64,000 nt of DNA from Lama glama (Eukaryota), in NCBI GenBank assembly GCA_028534125.1, contig CM052817.1:75704001-75768000 (forward strand), written 5' to 3'. Of the stretch, positions 37,837 to 50,619 are shown one piece after another. The first letter of the stretch is position 1. The number at the start of each line of letters is the position of its first letter. The translations under genes were made by a program, and so were the position numbers. Below the pieces are notes generated by a model. It was given only the letters and a program-made list of their open reading frames with translations. It was not told the DNA's origin and searched no databases.

Positions 37837-40800
37837 ATCATTTTTCACCCCGAGCCATTCTAGTAGTTGAAGAGACGTCTAGAGTAGTCCTGCTTTCCTA
37901 TCCCTGTGAACATGGTGTGCTTGCCTGGTTTGTTATGTTGATATGGCGCTATTCTTACACTTCAATGTGTAGTTTACTTCTGAGATGACTTAGAAGAACA
38001 ATTTCCCATGCTATTTCATGTAATAAATCAGTGGTTGTACTTTATGGCTTCAAAGAATTTTGCATGAGAGACGAGATCTCTAGAAATGTGTCCTTCAGAG
38101 ATCTTACCTTATTTGTTTCAGAACACGTGTGCACGTCAGAGCTTAGTTATGTTATTTTTGTTATGCTCGGCTAATTTCAGAAAGTAGAATATCATAGAAA
38201 TATCTTTATTTCACTATTTTATTTAGAAATATTTTGACTTGCAGTTTTGAAAATAATGGCAATGTGTACATTTTTTTAAATGATCAAAATCTAGAATATT
38301 GTCATGTTTATATGTTTTGAGTAGGAATGTTGATTATCTAGATATCTTTTTGTTTTAAGCATCAGTACAGGCAAGAAATCAAACATCATTGATGAAATGT
38401 TTTGTAAATGAACAATGAAATTTATTCTAAAACAGGTGTATATCTATTACTCAGCTTGACAACTAACTGGTTTTCCTCTCACAGATTCAACATAGTTTGT
38501 ATAATTTTGACAGATTATTTCTATCTTACATAAGTGAATTTAGTAATCTTATCCATCAATGTTTGCTCTCAACCTTATTCTAAGCCATGCCTTTTATTCT
38601 GCATTTACTACAACATAGTTATTTAAAATTTACAGTTGAGTTCTTATTCATTCATCATGATTAAAGTAAAATTTTCTAGTTGGCAGACATTAAATGGGCA
38701 GAATAAAACACCGTAGATTTTGAATCGTATTGGTAACTGAATCAAACTTTGTTAATGTAAAGCCATATTGTTAGCAATTTAAAATCAATGAAGAATAATA
38801 TCCCAGAAAAGCTATTATGCTTGAGGAGTATATTTTTCAAAATAAGATTCAGTTAACATGTTGCAAAAAGAAAATTTGTTAGTGCTTACAAATGGTTTAA
38901 AGAAGTACATTTTTTTTTTACTTCAACTTTATGACTTATTGTTATTGTTAAAATCTTTGAGAGATAGGTAAATGACCAATGGGATTGATATGAAATTTAG
39001 ATAAACCAACCCAATCTTTAGCCAGAATTACAATGCTACAATTAAAATAGACCCTAGTTCCTAGTCTGTATAATGGATAATTTGTTAAAACAAAAAGCAA
39101 GCAAATAAACAAACAAAACTACAAATAGAATCCTGTATTAATCTGGCACACTGTTCAAAAGGGTATTTGTATCTGTTTTGTTCTCTTCTACTTCAATACA
39201 ACTGATTGTAAATGCATATATAGGAACTAAGAATGTGAATATTTTCATCAAAGAAATAGAAAGCTGAAAAAGTTCAAATATTTAATGAAATAATTTTTTT
39301 CCAAGGATGAACTAGAGACATTTTACCTTACCCATGCAATGTAAGCTCAAGTCGATGGCACATGCATGCTTCCTGCTTTAAAAACAGAGATGAATAGAGT
39401 ACTCATCTTTAATATGAATTCTCAGATATTTCTGGAGAGATATGACTTGCAGTACTTTTAAAAGCTGGGGGGAAACTTTTTATTGTCCATTGGCTCAGCA
39501 AGGTCTCATCAACAAAATTTTCAGTTTATTCCACTATTAGATAGGCAATGCTACTAAGTCCTTAATTAATTTCCAGACAGAATCTCTCTGTATTCCTTCA
39601 TACCAGTGCATATAAGGCTTGATATGATGGTCATATGGAAAGGCAAAGACTTCATAGATGATACTTTTTTGTCTTTTTTCTATGTTTTATCAATTCTAGT
39701 ACATTCTCTACCTTCAAATTTCTTTTCAACACATGTATTTTAAATGTTATATAAACAAGTTATTCACTACTTTTCCAACTTGCTATAATCAATTCTGAGG
39801 TAGTCCTGCCTCTAGTTTGGCTGTACAACTTTCAAATTCTCTTCAGTAGGAGCTTGATGAAGTGTGATGCACAATTTGCAATGTATCTCAATCTGAAAAG
39901 GCTTGTTTTTCCATTCTCTGAGTTAAGTCTCCAGAACATACCTGACAAAGCCCATATGTATCTTCAACGATATTGTGTAATAATTTAATCAAGATGTGTT
40001 CAGTGCTATCAGCTTTACTGATTTTATGATGATGCCTCATATATGATTCATGGGCATCTGAAGATCTAACCTTTAAACAATGATTTGTTATTTTTCTGTA
40101 GAAGTGGGTTCATTATTGATTCATGACTTCCCAGGAGAAAGATGATAGAAATTGATCTGATTTCATTATAATACAACTCTGAAAATCACCAAACAACCTC
40201 TTTATAGTTTAGCACTTTATAAAATCAAATACTTCATTTGTGCTGGGGCAGAAGAGGAGGCAGTCCACAGAATTGTGAGAGAGGGCTTTTAAAAGTTACT
40301 GGGTCTGATCATTACAAATCCTCATTTTCTTACTTTTCTTTATATGTACCTCAAATGATTGAGATTACCTCAAGATATTATATCATTGATTGGCACAGCA
40401 GTTTCTGGAAATTTACGTTGATTTTTTTTCTATTACAGAATTTTTACTTTTAATAACAACAGTTTTAGAGTCGTTAAGCATTTTCAAAGAAGTTCAATAT
40501 AATTCTCATTTTATTTTCATGTAATGTAATATTTGGTATAATTATTATTATTATACATATATGGAGACTGAGTTTATACTGTTCAAGTATATAGTTGAAC
40601 ATTGTATATATAATTAGCAGAAGAACCATAAATTAAATATAGGATCTTTGTGGAAAGTTCATCTTGCTTTATACTATACTAGGTTTATTTAAGGATTTAG
40701 AGTACTATTGGATATAAACAAGACACAAATATTAAAACATTTTTCTTAAGCTGTTACAAAATATTTGCAAAATAGAAGAGTTATACTCAGTACTCATTAC

Positions 40801-41469
40801 CATTAAAGCCAAGGGTTGGAAGCCAATCTTTCTTCGTAGAGTTTAACATATGTTGTTGCATAATCATTTGTTCATTTCAAGAAACTAGATATCTATTATT
40901 TTCCAGGACTATACTAAGCATTAGTAACATTTTTTTTAATGTTGAATAATAGTCTCAAGAAGTTCATCATATTAAGTAACCTGAAAAAAATTTTTTTGGA
41001 AAAGGATGTAGGCTATAATAGTGGATTAGGTCCATGGATTTCAGAGGCTGTTTCAATAATACCAGGAATTTTCTCTTAAAAACCTAACAAAGGTAGCACA
41101 GATTTTAGCCAAGAGGAAATAGCTCATTCAAATGATACATAAAATGTAACTTTGAAAGCAGTGGAAGAATGTTTTTAAGTTGGTGTGGAGAATAACTCCC
41201 ACTTTTCTGCCATGACCGTTTATATCATGGTGCTTTCATTCATTTAAGATTAACAAATACATTCCTCATAATGACCTAAAAAATAAGACTCAAATTTATA
41301 ATGCATGCAAAAAGTCCCTATGCATGGTAGTCCTCTTGTTAGTTAATTCATTGTCTTAGGAATGTCATCAAATGCCCAGGTTGTTTTTATTATTACTTTC
41401 CAGTCAATGCTGTTAGATAAGTTTATCCTTATGTTATAGAACTCAAGAGTTTCCCCTGGTTGGTTGACT

Positions 41470-41615
41470 TGCACCACTATGATTTAAATCAATCAGGACC
41501 CGCCCTCCAGGAACTGGAGCTAGGCCAACTTCACCTAAAGCACATGGTCCAGGTGAGGAAGTTAAACACCTTAATAAAGTTAACAACATGTTCAGAACAA
41601 AGAAGGGGATTTTAG
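41470..41615 (-). mobile_element. Old MaLR (MLT1K/L-like) LTR fragment
   Basis: tgatttaaatcaatcaggacccgccctccaggaactggagctagg...aagcacatgg...agaacaaagaagggg. Confidence 0.45.
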
Positions 41616-41699
41616 AAAAGGAAATTTTGTGGTCCATTTTTAAAATCACTGATAAAACTGTTTATAAGCTATGTTGCTACTCACAGCAATAGGGAACAC

Positions 41700-41985
41700 A
41701 GATTGCTGGGCAGTTTTGGAGGGAAGATGAAAACTTCAGATTTGAGAAGGTGGATAATAAGCTTTCCAATAGTTAACAAGGAAAAATAAAATGTATCTGG
41801 AGCTCTAGGAAGTGGTTTGGCCCAACCATATAGATTTTAGGTGAAAGCCATAATTATGGATTATTTCACCCAAGAAGAGTGTGAACAAGCATGAAAGTAG
41901 TGGTTTAGGAATATGAACACTTATATGAAACACAGATGTGAAAGAATTCTGAACAGTAGTCACAGAAGAAACAGAACCAGCCTTG
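41700..41985 (-). mobile_element. L2 fragment
   Basis: ttttggagggaagatgaaaacttcagatttg...gtatctggagctctaggaagtggtttgg...atagattttagg...tcacccaagaagagtgtg. Confidence 0.6.
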
Positions 41986-42381
41986 GGGTTGTGTTTTGTT
42001 CATATGAATTTGGAAAACTTAATGGAAAAATACATTTTGTAATGTATTAGCATCAATTTGTAATACTTAACTAGAAAAATATAAACCTATGTACCATAAT
42101 ACCTTTTACTGTTTTAATTAAACTAAGTAGAATAATAAAATATATAAACTTGTTTTCTCTTATTATGCACAATGATATTAAATCTGGTGAGTCTCATTTC
42201 ACAGTGAGAAGACAATTTGATTTTAATGTATACTAATATTATTCCTGAATAGACTATCTCCTCTATCAACTGATGTTTACATCATTCTTAGAATTTTTAA
42301 AATATTAACAGCCCATAAATTATGATCTTGCTTCTTTCATTCAGAAAAAAATAAGCTGTTGGCATCCCCATTTAACTATGG

Positions 42382-42655
42382 GTTATTAAATTATGTAATC
42401 ATTATTAAGTTATTTAGTAATATAAATATAATATCTAATGATATTATTTAATAATAATTTAATAATACATGGCATTACCATTTAATTATAGATAAATTAT
42501 TTAATAAGATAGATTAAATTATTTACTAATATTATTAAAGCACTTAATAATTTTAAATTTAAATTTAAATAATTAAATCATAATTACAGATTATTAAATT
42601 ATTTAATAATTATTTAATAATAATAATACTCCATATTATTTAATATAATACTTAT
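42382..42655. repeat. Extremely AT-rich low-complexity tract of degenerate TTATTAAATTATTTAATAA-like units
   Basis: About 270 bp with very few G or C; recurring attatttaataa and ttattaaatt words. Confidence 0.8.
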
Positions 42656-42977
42656 AGGAAAATATAAGAAAATGTTTACAAGTTACTTACAGAGGTAAAA
42701 ATAATCCAGAATGCTAACCTTATTTATCTAAATTTACGTGTACATGGCCAACCCTCAAAAATAGTATCATTAATACTAGTTGTGCCTCAGCTATATCAAT
42801 TCAATAACTATAGGCTTCCCTAGTCTACATGGAAGTAATACAATTTGCATTACTTTATGTTATTAAGTTATTTTTTTTATCTTTACATTTCTGTAGGACA
42901 TGTATGGAATGGTAAATATGTTTCTAGGTTTGGACATATTTTAAGTAAAACATTTATGTTAAATCAATTTTAGTCTT

Positions 42978-44665
42978 TTTAAATATGTTTAATTTTTTGA
43001 AGTATGGTTGATTTACAAAATTGTATTAGTTTCAGGTGTACAAAATAGTGACTCAAATTTTGTATAGATTATACTTCATTTAAAGTTATAAAATATTGGC
43101 TATATTCCTTCTGCTATACAATATATCCTTGTAGCTTATCTACTTTATACACAGTATTTTCTACCTCTTGATCCCTTACCTTTATCTTGACCCTCACCCC
43201 TTTCCTCTCCCTACTTGTAACCCTTGGTTTGTTCTCTGTATCTGTTAGTCTGTTTCTGTTCTGTTCTATTTATTTGTTTGTTTTATTTTTCAGATTCCGC
43301 ATGTAAGTGATAACATAGAGTATTTGTCATTCTCTGTTTGACTTATCTCCCTAAGCTTAATACCATCCATGTTCATCCATGTTGTTGCAAATGGCAATAT
43401 TTCATTCTTTGGTATGGCTGAGTAGTATTCCATTGTAAATATATACCATATCTTCTATATCTGTTCATCTGCTGATGGACACTTTGATTGCAACCATTTC
43501 TTGGCCATTGTGTATAATGCTTCTTTAAACATGGGGGTGCATGTGTCTTTTTGAATTAGTGTTTTTGTTTTATTTGGATATATACCCAGGAGTGGAATTA
43601 CTGGATCATATGGTAGTTCTATTTTTAGTTTTTTGAGAAGCCTCGATAATGTTTTCCATAGTGGCTGTACCAATTTACATTCCCACCAACAGTGTGTAAA
43701 GGTTTCCTTTTCTACCCATCTTTGCTAACATTTATTATTTTTGATGCTATCCATTCTGACAGATGTGAGGTGCTAACTTATTTTGGTTTTGATGATTAGT
43801 GGTGTTGAGCATCTTTTCGTGTGCCTGTTGGCCATCTGCATGCCTTCATTGGAAAAGTGTCTTTTCAGGTCTTTTGCCCATTTTTTTTCCTACTGGACTG
43901 TTTGTTTTTGCTGCTAGTGAGTGGGATTGTGTCTCTGCCCAGCTAGTTGCTTGGCCTTAGGTGTCCCCATATTGGTGCCTACAGGCTTGTGGACAGCAGT
44001 TAGGTTGGATCATAGGACTAATAAGCTAGAAGGAGGATTCCAAATTGATTCTTGCCAGCACCAGTGTCCAAGTGGTAGATCAAACTCCTGAAAATGGCTG
44101 CCTCCAGTGTCTATGTCCCCAGGGTAAGCTCCTGTTTTCTCTTACCTCTCCTGGGGACTATACAAGATAAGCAGGTGTGTCTGACATAGGCTCCTTTCAA
44201 ATTACTGCTTCTTCTTTGGGTCCCAGAGCATGTAAAATTTTGTGTGCACCTTTTAAAGGTGGAGTCTCTATTTCTCACAGACCTCTGGGACTCCTGAAAG
44301 AAAGCCCTGCTGATCTTCAAAGCCAAACATTCTGGGGGCTCATCTTTCCCTCGCAGAACCCCTGAGCTGGGGAGCCTGATGCAGGGCTCAGACCCCTTGC
44401 TCCTTAGGGAAAACCTTTTCAACTAATTATTCTCCCATTTGTGGGTCACCCACCAGTGGTGTGGGTCTTGACTATACTGCAACTCCTCTCCTCCTACCTG
44501 TCTCACTGTGGTTTCTTCTTTTTATCTTTAGTTATAGAAGATCTGTTTAGGGAGATTCCAGTCTTTCTCATCAATAGTTGCTGTGAAAATAATTGTAATT
44601 TTGATCTGCCCATGAAGATAGGTGAGCTCAGAGACTTCCTACTCTTCAATCTTGCAGCAATCTCC
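42978..44665 (-). mobile_element. L1 internal-deletion derivative: 5'UTR fused to ORF2 tail and 3'UTR
   Basis: 44665-43920 on - starts ggagattgctgcaagattgaagagtaggaagtctctgagctcacc, an old L1 5' end (L1MA9/L1M3-type). 43910-42990 is the ORF2 C-terminus (track ORF 43455-43673, [15 protein letters not shown]...DTCTPMF) plus 3'UTR. Degenerate 16-bp TSD aatcaattttagtctt (42962-42977) / aattaattttcatctt (44666-44681), 13/16. Confidence 0.8.
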
Positions 44666-47600
44666 AATTAATTTTCATCTTGATTTGGATGTTTTTCTGT
44701 TAGCTTGGATTTGTGGCTATATACATGATTTCTTTTTTCTTCCACATTACCTTGCTTTTGAAATTTTATCATATTTAACCAATTGAACCAGCACGATTAA
44801 GGTCTGCCTCAGTTTGGAGGTGAAGTTGTTATATATGTACCAAGTAATAATGTAACCATTGTAAATTCTGAGTACCATGCATACCAATCAATATTTGCAA
44901 AGGTTGGCAAATTTGGACACCTTGAAAACAAGTTCATTAGTCAAAAGTCATTGGAAAAGAATTTTAATATATAAGTTGTACCAGAAAAAAATGTTCTCAT
45001 TTGTATTTATTTTTAGAAATTGGTCCGTTGTGGTCAGCAATTTATTATTATGGACCCATTGCAAATGAGATAGGTAAAATCAAACTGTCTTCTGACTAAC
45101 AAGAGAATTTATAACTCTTATATAGAAATGAAGTTAGAAACATGAAAATTATCCATGATAAACTTTTAGCCTGTATAATCTTGAAATTGTTTATATTCCA
45201 ATTAAGGCATTGGTAAACTTTTCAAGTTTCAAGTCCAAGGGTCTTTAAAATGAACTATTTTGGACAAATTAATATATAGCCACCATACCATTATAGTATA
45301 CATCTGACAAAAAATGGGCCAATAAGATGTGGACTATAATTTATATTCCTAATATTAAGGCAAATCACTTTGGAACTTTTCCAGTTTAGAACATTTACAT
45401 AATTAACTGGAAATGTTTAAATACAGAGGAACTTTTCTCTTGCTCTTTAATTTGGCCAGTAATCTTCCATCATCACTCAATTTGTTTATGTATCAATGAA
45501 TAGTATATGTAGAGAGCCTTGTTGAAAGTATCTTCCCACCAGTATCTTCAGCTGTTTATAAGTCAGGAATTTTCCCTTACTCTCTTTAGTCTCTTTACTT
45601 TACCTATACTTTCATTCTACTCAATTTACTATCCCTGATTTTTTGTTTTTCTCTTCCACTTAGTCCATTATCTGGATTTCAACAACAGAGAAGATCTGAA
45701 AAATATTGTCTTTATATTCCTATTTTTTATACTCCTTTTCTTCTGATTTTGAAAGATAAAATACATTAGCAAACAAACCTAGTGAAGAGGGCTGAGAATG
45801 CTTATATATTAACAAATACCGATCCTGTTGTATTTTCATTCTGGTTAAAAATTAAGTACTCCTCCATCCCAACACACTTCTCATAATTATACGACTCTTT
45901 GCAGTTTCTCTCAGAAGACTCTGAAGAATTTTTCAGATTCATTCTTCTTTTAGGATACCTCAGATCCAAGCAATATATATTTCTTCTCATCGTGAATGGC
46001 TGAGAATGGGTAAAAGGTGATATGCAGTGTTAGAATTGTTGACTGTGGTAATGTGAGGAATATGACAAGTCCTTCATTCTCAGTATGTTTTTTTCTAGCT
46101 ATAAAAATTGGACACAAATTCCTCACTAGAAGAAGTATTAGATTTTCACTAATTCTCTAGGTTTAGAACAATAATTTGGGATATGTAGCTAAAATATTGC
46201 AGTGATTCCTTTGATGATCAATTTTGACATGCTGAAAATTAATTATTAAGTTGCAACTACAAAACTAAAAGAGAGATTGCATTTTAGAGATATCTGTAAA
46301 GAATCAGAGAAACTGGTTATCACCAGTCGATAGAATTTCTTTTCTCACATGAATACCATTTCTATCTCAGATGGGGTTTCATTAATTGCTCTCATTTTTG
46401 ATAAACTGTCAAAATTATTTATTTTCCTTATTGTATTTATAACTTCCAGAATCCCCCTTAGGTGTGATTAAGTCAACCATTATTTAATAAACAACTTGGA
46501 TTATAAATCAGCATTAACTATGCATCATTCCTATGAGGAATTAGTCGTTTGGGTTTCTCTAAACCATTGTTCTGCCACTCCTGGGAGAAAGTACTAGTTT
46601 TTCTATCATGCAAATATGTAGCATATTTTCCCCCTGTAAAGTGGTATTATGAATTCAGTGCATGTATTGTAGCCACTGTTTGCTCTGACATTCAGCGATT
46701 TGGACTCTGATGTAATCTTTCATAGGATGTGTGAGACCAATCCCGAGCATAACACTGTTAGACCCTGTTGAACCTCACTCATATACAATCACACTGCTGC
46801 CTCTGAGGATTTCCGCCAACTGCATATGCACCTTATGTTCTGACCAGGGTCAAAGTTATTTCCTTAGGTCCTTGGCATAACATGTAATAAAAAAAATTCT
46901 TCAGCGTCTGTTAAAAAGTTATTTTCAAGCAGCTCTTAAAACTTCAAATCCCAAAGAAACACACGCTCCCGCTCTTGGGAAATGAAGTAAATAAAGCAGT
47001 ATGTTCCTCCTAATCTATGTAAATCTGGCATATAGCTTTCAGCTCTCTGAGTAATGTATAATTAATGGATTGCTTATTCTTGAGCCTTTGAATGCACTGT
47101 TGAAATGGTTTTATATGAATCACAAATTTGAAACTTGGAACTAAAGCAAATAATAAAAGAAAGAAAAAAACTTTGTGCTGGGGGTTAAAAAAAAAACATT
47201 CTTGACTATTTTTGCCCTGTACATAGGGTTATTTAAGAATGACTAGCCCAGGATATACTGATAGCAATATATTATACTGCATTCTGATAGAATTTAACTC
47301 CCACTAGTCCCAGAAATTACACAAGAATGTAGTAATGTGGGATTTGCCCTGAAGATGGGCTTAATCCCATTTGAAATTATTCTTGAAAGGTTCATACAAG
47401 AGAAATTAATTACTGGTAACAGGATCTTCGTTGAGAAGAAAAATCTATCTTCTGAAGTCTAAGGCCTATGGCACTTTGCTTCTCTGGGATGCAAGTGCCC
47501 ACAGAGGTTGCTCTGTCACCCTTAGATGACCCCAGCACCAGACACAGCTGTCCTTAAGGGTGACCATAGCCAATAAAGCACTCTGTTGTTACAAACCAGC

Positions 47601-48091
47601 TACCCAAAGAAGCAGAGAACATCAGATACACTTCAGCGGTTGTCAGTTCATGGAACAGACTGATCTGCTGTCTCCTCCAAAAGTATGAGAGAAGGTTTAG
47701 AGGTCTTGTGCAGTTTGTAGGGTCAGTCTTCCCTTGCTCTGTAAGGTTGTATAAGTCAGTCTGGAGATTAAAAGGGAAAGGGAGTAGTGGCAGAAACCTG
47801 GAAGATTGAATACTTGCCTCTCCAATAAATGATCTGTCTCCAAAATTCTGAACTAACTCAACTATTCAAATTAAAGTAGTCTAACACCATTAGACTAGAT
47901 TTAATTAACCCCTTACTTGTCCCTACTCCATAAAATAGAGAGATCATCAATTGAACAAAACAAAAGTACATGTACATCTCTATAGCTAGCATCATTGTGT
48001 TAGTCCTTTTCATAAAGACAAGGCCAGGAAATGCTAGTGAAGACATGCTCACCTGCCCAACCTCCTTGAGCCAAGCAGTTAGAAGTTCACG

Positions 48092-48539
48092 AGTGAGGAA
48101 GGCTTAATAACACCCCCTCCAAAGGTGTCCCCAAGTCTAATCCCCAAAACCTGTGATTGTATTATCTTACATGACAGAAAAGACTTTGTAAATGTGATTA
48201 ACTTAAAGTTACCGAAGTGGGGAGATGACCCTGCATTATCCTATTGGACCTGCTCTAACTACAAGTATCCTTATAAGAGAGAGGCAGGAGGTTAAGGGTT
48301 GAGGGTGGGGAGGGTGGGAAAGTGATAAGCTTTGGCTCAGAAGTTAGAGGGAGGCAGACTTTGGAAACCGATAAAGACGAGTAAATAGTTTTGTCTTGTT
48401 CTACAGACTCCAGGAGGAATGCAGCCCTGAGAAGACAATTCTAGACCTCTGACCTCCACAATGTAAAAGAATACATTTGCATTGTTTTAATCCACTGAAT
48501 TTGTGATAATGGTTACAACAGCAATAGGAAACTAGCACA
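48092..48539 (+). mobile_element. MLT1C/D-like solo LTR
   Basis: ccaaaggtgtccccaagtctaatccccaaaacctgtgattg...gactttgtaaatgtgattaa...ctccaggaggaatgcagccctg...ggttacaacagcaataggaaactagcaca. Confidence 0.8.
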
Positions 48540-50619
48540 ATGGGTCTAGAAATAGTTTTCAACTTCTTCAAGATAGAATTGGGTATTCAGTTTCCATTCT
48601 AGCCACACAAGAGGACACAGGTAGGGAAAAGAGGGCAGGAGAACAGACAAAATAGCAGTTCTTTCCTCAGCAGCAACAAAAAGAGCAATATTTTTGCAGC
48701 ATGATTAAACACTACAGTTTATGCACCAAGCAGTCTGATTTTTTCAACCACTATTGAGAGAAATAGGATGGAAAAGAATAAAATAAGAAGAAGGTAGATG
48801 AATGTGTAAAGATAATGGACCATTAGGATACAAAGTAAAATGCCCACAAAGATTAAATAATTCTGGCCTATTAATAGATAGATTAAGAACATTTCATATT
48901 GTCATACTTCATAATAGCTACCTTTGATCACAGCCAATTATTTCTGGTTATCTATAAATTATTATAATACTTCAGAAAAGATTTCTTAATATATTACCCA
49001 TGGTTTTTGCTTTTTCCATACCCAACAATGGCAAAACACATGAACTTCAGAGAATAATATGGCTGCAGGTTGTTCTAAATAGAAAGAAAATACTTTTTTT
49101 TAAAGCAATCGCCTACATTTCTGTGAAACAAAATGGATTAATTGCCATAAAAACAAAAGCAAACCCAAAGCCAGCATGTGTCATTATAGGATGATTCTGT
49201 TATTCTAATGTGTTCAGCCGTGAGAGTTGTATTTCAGAAGTAACCACACAGAATCTGGATTCATATTGGATGAATATCAATCCTCATTATGAATTACTGA
49301 TTAAAATGGAATTTAACTTTCTCTCATTTTTAAGAATCACAGAAAGATGCTGTTCCTTTGGGGCAGCATCCTTGAAGTCCCTACGTGGGTTAGTGTAGGA
49401 TGAACATAATTGGCTTTCTCTTTGAGCCCTGGGCCTATCTGTATGAATGTTGGGTTGTACTTGACACACAGTCTTACAGGGACAAATAAATGACTGGTGT
49501 ATATGTTGGGTTGAATTCAACCATTTATGAGCACCAGCTGGGCTCATAATGAAGTACCTGCCATTGTGTTCCCAACAGTACGTCTTCTGCCAAAGTTAAA
49601 GCAAATTAATGAAGCTTGTCACTGAAGGGAGACACTAGCATTATAGTTTGGCAGGCATTATCTGACACTCACTGCAGAATATGGTTAGAGTTTTATTTTG
49701 CTGTTGTAAACTATGCTTAGTTGAGAGAATACAATTCAGAGTATCACAAAAATACTTTTATTCTCAATATTATATGTATTATACTAGTCTAGTGGATGAA
49801 TAATCACTTGGCCACACATGTGAGTATATACTGAAGTTGTGCATTTGTGTGTGTATGATTGTGTTTAAAACTCAGACATTCAGTTATCACCTCCATTGAA
49901 TGTTTGAGTTTTAAACATGTAGAATATATATTTGTTAATGTTTCAAGGACATTGTAGTCTTCTGATTGGAAAAAGTTAGCAACTGTATTTGAAACATCCA
50001 TAATGCTTCAGAGTCTCACCTCATAACAATCCCTGAAATGGTTAGTCATCTTGTTTTACATAAGAGAAGTGCAGTTCTAAGGTTGTCAAACCACTTAAAT
50101 TAAGTGTGAAGTCAGTATGTTAACTGTATGTGTGTGGTTTTTTTCCCTTCAAGACATGACATGCTACACCAAAAGGCAGGGTTTACTAGGTGTGAACTAG
50201 AGATGAAAGCACCCTGTAGTAGAAAGCAGAAGAAAGCCCTTAAATTTTAACAGGGAAAGGATTTTCTAGGATCATTGCATTTCAGCCTCAACATAAAGAA
50301 GTAATTGGATTTGACTGGTGTTTCTCAACCTCTTCATGCTCAACGTCATCAACATTGCCATTACACTGAGTTAGCATCCATCACTATGTTGTTTGGCTTT
50401 TTAATTGCTTTTTTAGGCAATGTATTTTTCATACCATTCCTTTACTCTTACTACCTATATATATTTTATAGTGACCTTCTGGCTTTATTACTATCCTTTC
50501 CATAGTACTTCTTTGAGAATGTTTTCACACAGGATTTCCTCAGGTCTTGTAAGTGTAAGAATATCTTTGATAGGACATTATATTTAAATAAAATTTCAGC
50601 AAAATATACATTTTAATGT

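Noticed and set aside
44111..44422. 103-aa ORF
   Set aside because: Chance ORF within the GC-rich L1 5'UTR.
47330..47850. GC-richer block that may be an old LTR (similar blocks at 20850-21240 and 37200-37500)
   Set aside because: I could not match termini or a family with any confidence, so these are left unannotated.
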